63,037 nt of DNA from Mizuhopecten yessoensis (Eukaryota). Positions 60,614 to 63,037 of this stretch are shown here, one piece after another; position 1 is the first letter of the stretch, and every line of letters begins with the position of its first letter. The notes below the pieces were generated by a model that was not told where the DNA came from, did not search any database, and saw nothing but the letters and a program-made list of their open reading frames with translations. The stretch covers positions 2,650,506 through 2,713,542 of the forward strand of contig NW_018404492.1 in the NCBI RefSeq assembly GCF_002113885.1. The letters run 5' to 3'. The translations under genes and the position numbers were made by a program.

Positions 60614-60888
60614 GTAAGGGTGTGCTGTCATAAGTACCCACGGCTTAAATGATTCCTACACTCCAGATACAGACTGATTGGGGGGGGAACAAGGATGAAA
60701 CAGTGTTCCCTTATGCTTATTGTGTGACCTGTATATTGCTATATAAAATTATTCTGAAAATTTCTTAATCTTGTGAAATAACAAAAAATGACCTTGCAAC
60801 ATTCTGGCCTTATAACCTACATTGTTTAAATACTTATATTATGACCTCAATATTTATCAATTATGGACTTTTGTCGAAGTTATAAGAT

Positions 60889-61150
60889 TGTTAAATTGAC
60901 CTGATAGAGTGATATCGACCGAGGACGCATACTCTGTCAGGTCCATATAACAATGTTAAATTGACCTGATAGAGTGATATCTACCGAGGACACATACTCT
61001 GTCAGGTCCATATAACAATGTTAAATTGACCTGATAGAGTGATATCGACTGAGGACGCATACTCTGTCAGGTCCATATAACAATGTTAAATTGACCTGAT
61101 AGAGTGATATCTACCGAGGACGCATACTCTGTCAGGTCCATATAACAATG
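60889..61150. repeat. 65-bp tandem repeat x4
   Basis: Unit tgttaaattgacctgatagagtgatatcgaccgaggacgcatactctgtcaggtccatataacaa, with internal hairpin gacctgatagagt/actctgtcaggtc. Confidence 0.88.
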
Positions 61151-61353
61151 TATTGACTGAGACAAAAGTCTTTAATTTCTATATTACATACCATGTCTTT
61201 AGATAACATGAGGTATTAGATATCCTAATAAAGAGAATCTAGGGGTGGTTTTCGGAACAAAATATCCGGATCTAAAAATGAGGTTGATCATGCAGGTCAT
61301 GTGCAAGAAAGAAATTAAACATAAAGTTGATATGCTGTATATTGTCAAACCTG

Positions 61354-61534
61354 AAACCAAGGATTAGCCAATTATAGAGTCAAGGAAAACTAGACCATAA
61401 ACCAAGGATTAGCCAATTATAGAGCCAAGGAAAACTAGACCATAAACCAATTAAGGATTAGCCAATTATAGAGTCAAGAAAAACTAGACCATAAACCAAG
61501 GATTAGCCAATTATAGAGTCAAGGAAAACTAGAC
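61354..61534. repeat. 45-bp tandem repeat x4
   Basis: Unit aaaccaaggattagccaattatagagtcaaggaaaactagaccat. Confidence 0.88.
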
Positions 61535-61599
61535 GATATGGGATATTGTTTGATATTCTCAGATCTGTTTATTCATATGCTGAGATCTTATGACCGTAG

Positions 61600-61752
61600 A
61601 TTGAGAAGTTTGGTGATCCCAATGGAATCCTCCAGTTCGAGGGTGTGGCTAAATCTGAACAAATGGTGGATGAGCCAGAGGGGACGGGGATGTTAGACCT
61701 TCGCTTCCCCGTCAGTCGTCGCGCGGACACGGGCACTGTGGGCAGTGTACAG
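61600..61752 (+). CDS. ADGRV1: ADGRV1 exon (Calx-beta)
   Basis: gtag|IEKFGDPNGILQF...GTVGSVQ|gtaagg. Confidence 0.86.
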
Positions 61753-62029
61753 GTAAGGATTTCTGTTAGGCTTTCCGTGTTATCAATATCCTGTGTAGAT
61801 TAAAGTTGCCCTTTTATAGCTCATCATATATCTTTCCGGGATGATTTTCAGTTGAACGATGAAGAAAATTCAGACTATATTATAGATTCAATTAAAAATG
61901 TCCACATGTTTTGATATTAATTTGAGCAGTTAAAAAATAATATCTAATCTTGTTATTTAGGAATGATCAGTTTGAAGCAGTACATTGGCTTGACCTTGAA
62001 CATTTCATAATTCTTCGATCAAATTTTAT

Positions 62030-62315
62030 AACCGTTATTTGTTGCTTCTCTAGGTATTCTAGAATACAGTTGTACATCGTTATTTTATGTTTATCTTCTA
62101 GGTATTCTGGGATATAACTGTACAATCGTTACTTTGTGTTGATTCTCCAGGTATTCTGGAATATAACTGTACAATCTTTACTTTGTGTTGATTCTCCAGG
62201 TATTCTGGGATATAACTGTACAATCGTTACTTTGTGTTGATTCTCCAGCCATCTGGGATATGACTGTACAATCATTACTTTGTGTTGATTCTCCAGGTAT
62301 TCTGGGATATAACTG
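62030..62315 (+). repeat. ~49-bp tandem repeat (6 copies) of the 3' splice site plus exon start
   Basis: Unit gttactttgtgttgattctccag|gtattctgggatataactgtacaatc; AGs end at 62053, 62101, 62150, 62199, 62248 and 62296. Confidence 0.88.
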
Positions 62316-62517
62316 GGCCCATGGACGGTACAGCAGACTTTCAGCCACGGAATGGTTCCATCGTTATAGGGGAGGGACAAAGGGACTCCTCCATTGTCAT
62401 ACAGGTCCTTCCTGATGATGTCCCGGAACTTACTGAGCGATACAAACTCTCCCTGGAGTCAGTTGGAGGGGGAGCAGAGATAGCCAAAGTAGACAACACC
62501 TCCTTCTTCAGTATCAG
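62297..62517 (+). CDS. ADGRV1: ADGRV1 exon (Calx-beta)
   Basis: VFWDITGP...PDDVPELTERY...FFSI|gtaggt. Confidence 0.88.
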
Positions 62518-62575
62518 GTAGGTCTCCTGATGTAGTACACATGTTCAAATGTTCATACTGAGTTTAAAATTAATA

Positions 62576-62606
<31 letters not shown>

Positions 62607-62784
62607 AGCATTACAGTTTAAAAATTATACAAAATATTATGTAAAATTATGTAAAACAGAAACACTACTGTGGATGTGGTGAAAGCTATTACTTTGGGTA
62701 CAAAGTTATTTTAAACTTCTTCACTGTGAAGTTGTCAAGGGTTTGAATTTTGAAGTCCAACTTCAAGTATGAACCTCTTGATCT

Positions 62785-63037
62785 TGATAATGAAGTTGTT
62801 ATCTTGTTTGTTGAAGTTGGTGTCTTGATTGGTGAAGTTGGTGTCTTGGTTTGTGAAGTTGGTGTCTTGGTTGATGAAGTTAGTGTCTTGGTTGATGAAG
62901 TTGGTGTATTGGTTGATGAAGTTGGTGTCTTGGTTGATGAAGTTGGTGTCTTGGTTGATGAGGTTGGTGTCTTGGTTGATGAAGTTGGTGTCTTGGTTGA
63001 TGAAGTTGGTGTCTTGGTTGATGAAGTTGGTGTCTTG
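62785..63037. repeat. 21-bp minisatellite running off the window end
   Basis: Unit gatgaagttggtgtcttggtt. Confidence 0.9.

Larger units (their letters stand above)
3115..62517 (+). other. ADGRV1: ADGRV1/VLGR1/GPR98 locus, partial (47 coding exons here; both gene ends lie outside the window)
   Basis: Phase-consistent GT-AG exons encoding many Calx-beta repeats (NDxPxG..F; DDxxPExxExF) interrupted by an EAR/EPTP block, an architecture characteristic of ADGRV1. Confidence 0.92.

Noticed and set aside
3115-62517. Na+/Ca2+ exchanger, FREM/FRAS1 or a bacterial Calx-beta adhesin
   Set aside because: Spliceosomal introns, many tandem Calx-beta repeats and EAR repeats, with no CSPG repeats or transporter helices, fit ADGRV1.
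62576-62602. Long G homopolymers (also ~31513-31533 and ~58676-58695)
   Set aside because: Simple low-complexity runs of unreliable length with no supporting context.

Overview
Intron-rich animal genomic DNA, probably a bivalve mollusc (inferred from the repeat families), with one 317-nt N gap and several single-N assembly junctions. Most of the window is the middle of an ADGRV1 (VLGR1/GPR98) gene on the + strand. I traced 47 GT-AG exons (3115-62517) with consistent phases, encoding tandem Calx-beta domains, a PAN/Apple-like segment and the EAR/EPTP block; two exons are broken by assembly patches. The introns hold: (i) a complete antisense two-exon secreted C-type lectin gene with a coiled-coil stalk; (ii) a young 5,967-bp LTR element (214-bp LTRs differing at 4 positions, GTAT TSD, tRNA-Leu PBS, PPT) whose single intact 1,368-aa ORF is helix-hairpin-helix + Gag capsid + RS/RG-rich region + aspartic protease + unknown tail, with no RT, RNase H or integrase; (iii) tandem arrays built from the gene's own exon/intron junctions, including a 4.9-kb intron made almost entirely of about 97 copies of its 5' splice site; and (iv) the 3' end of a DIRS element, Helentron-type HINEs, a TTAA-flanked TIR element, MITEs and minisatellites.
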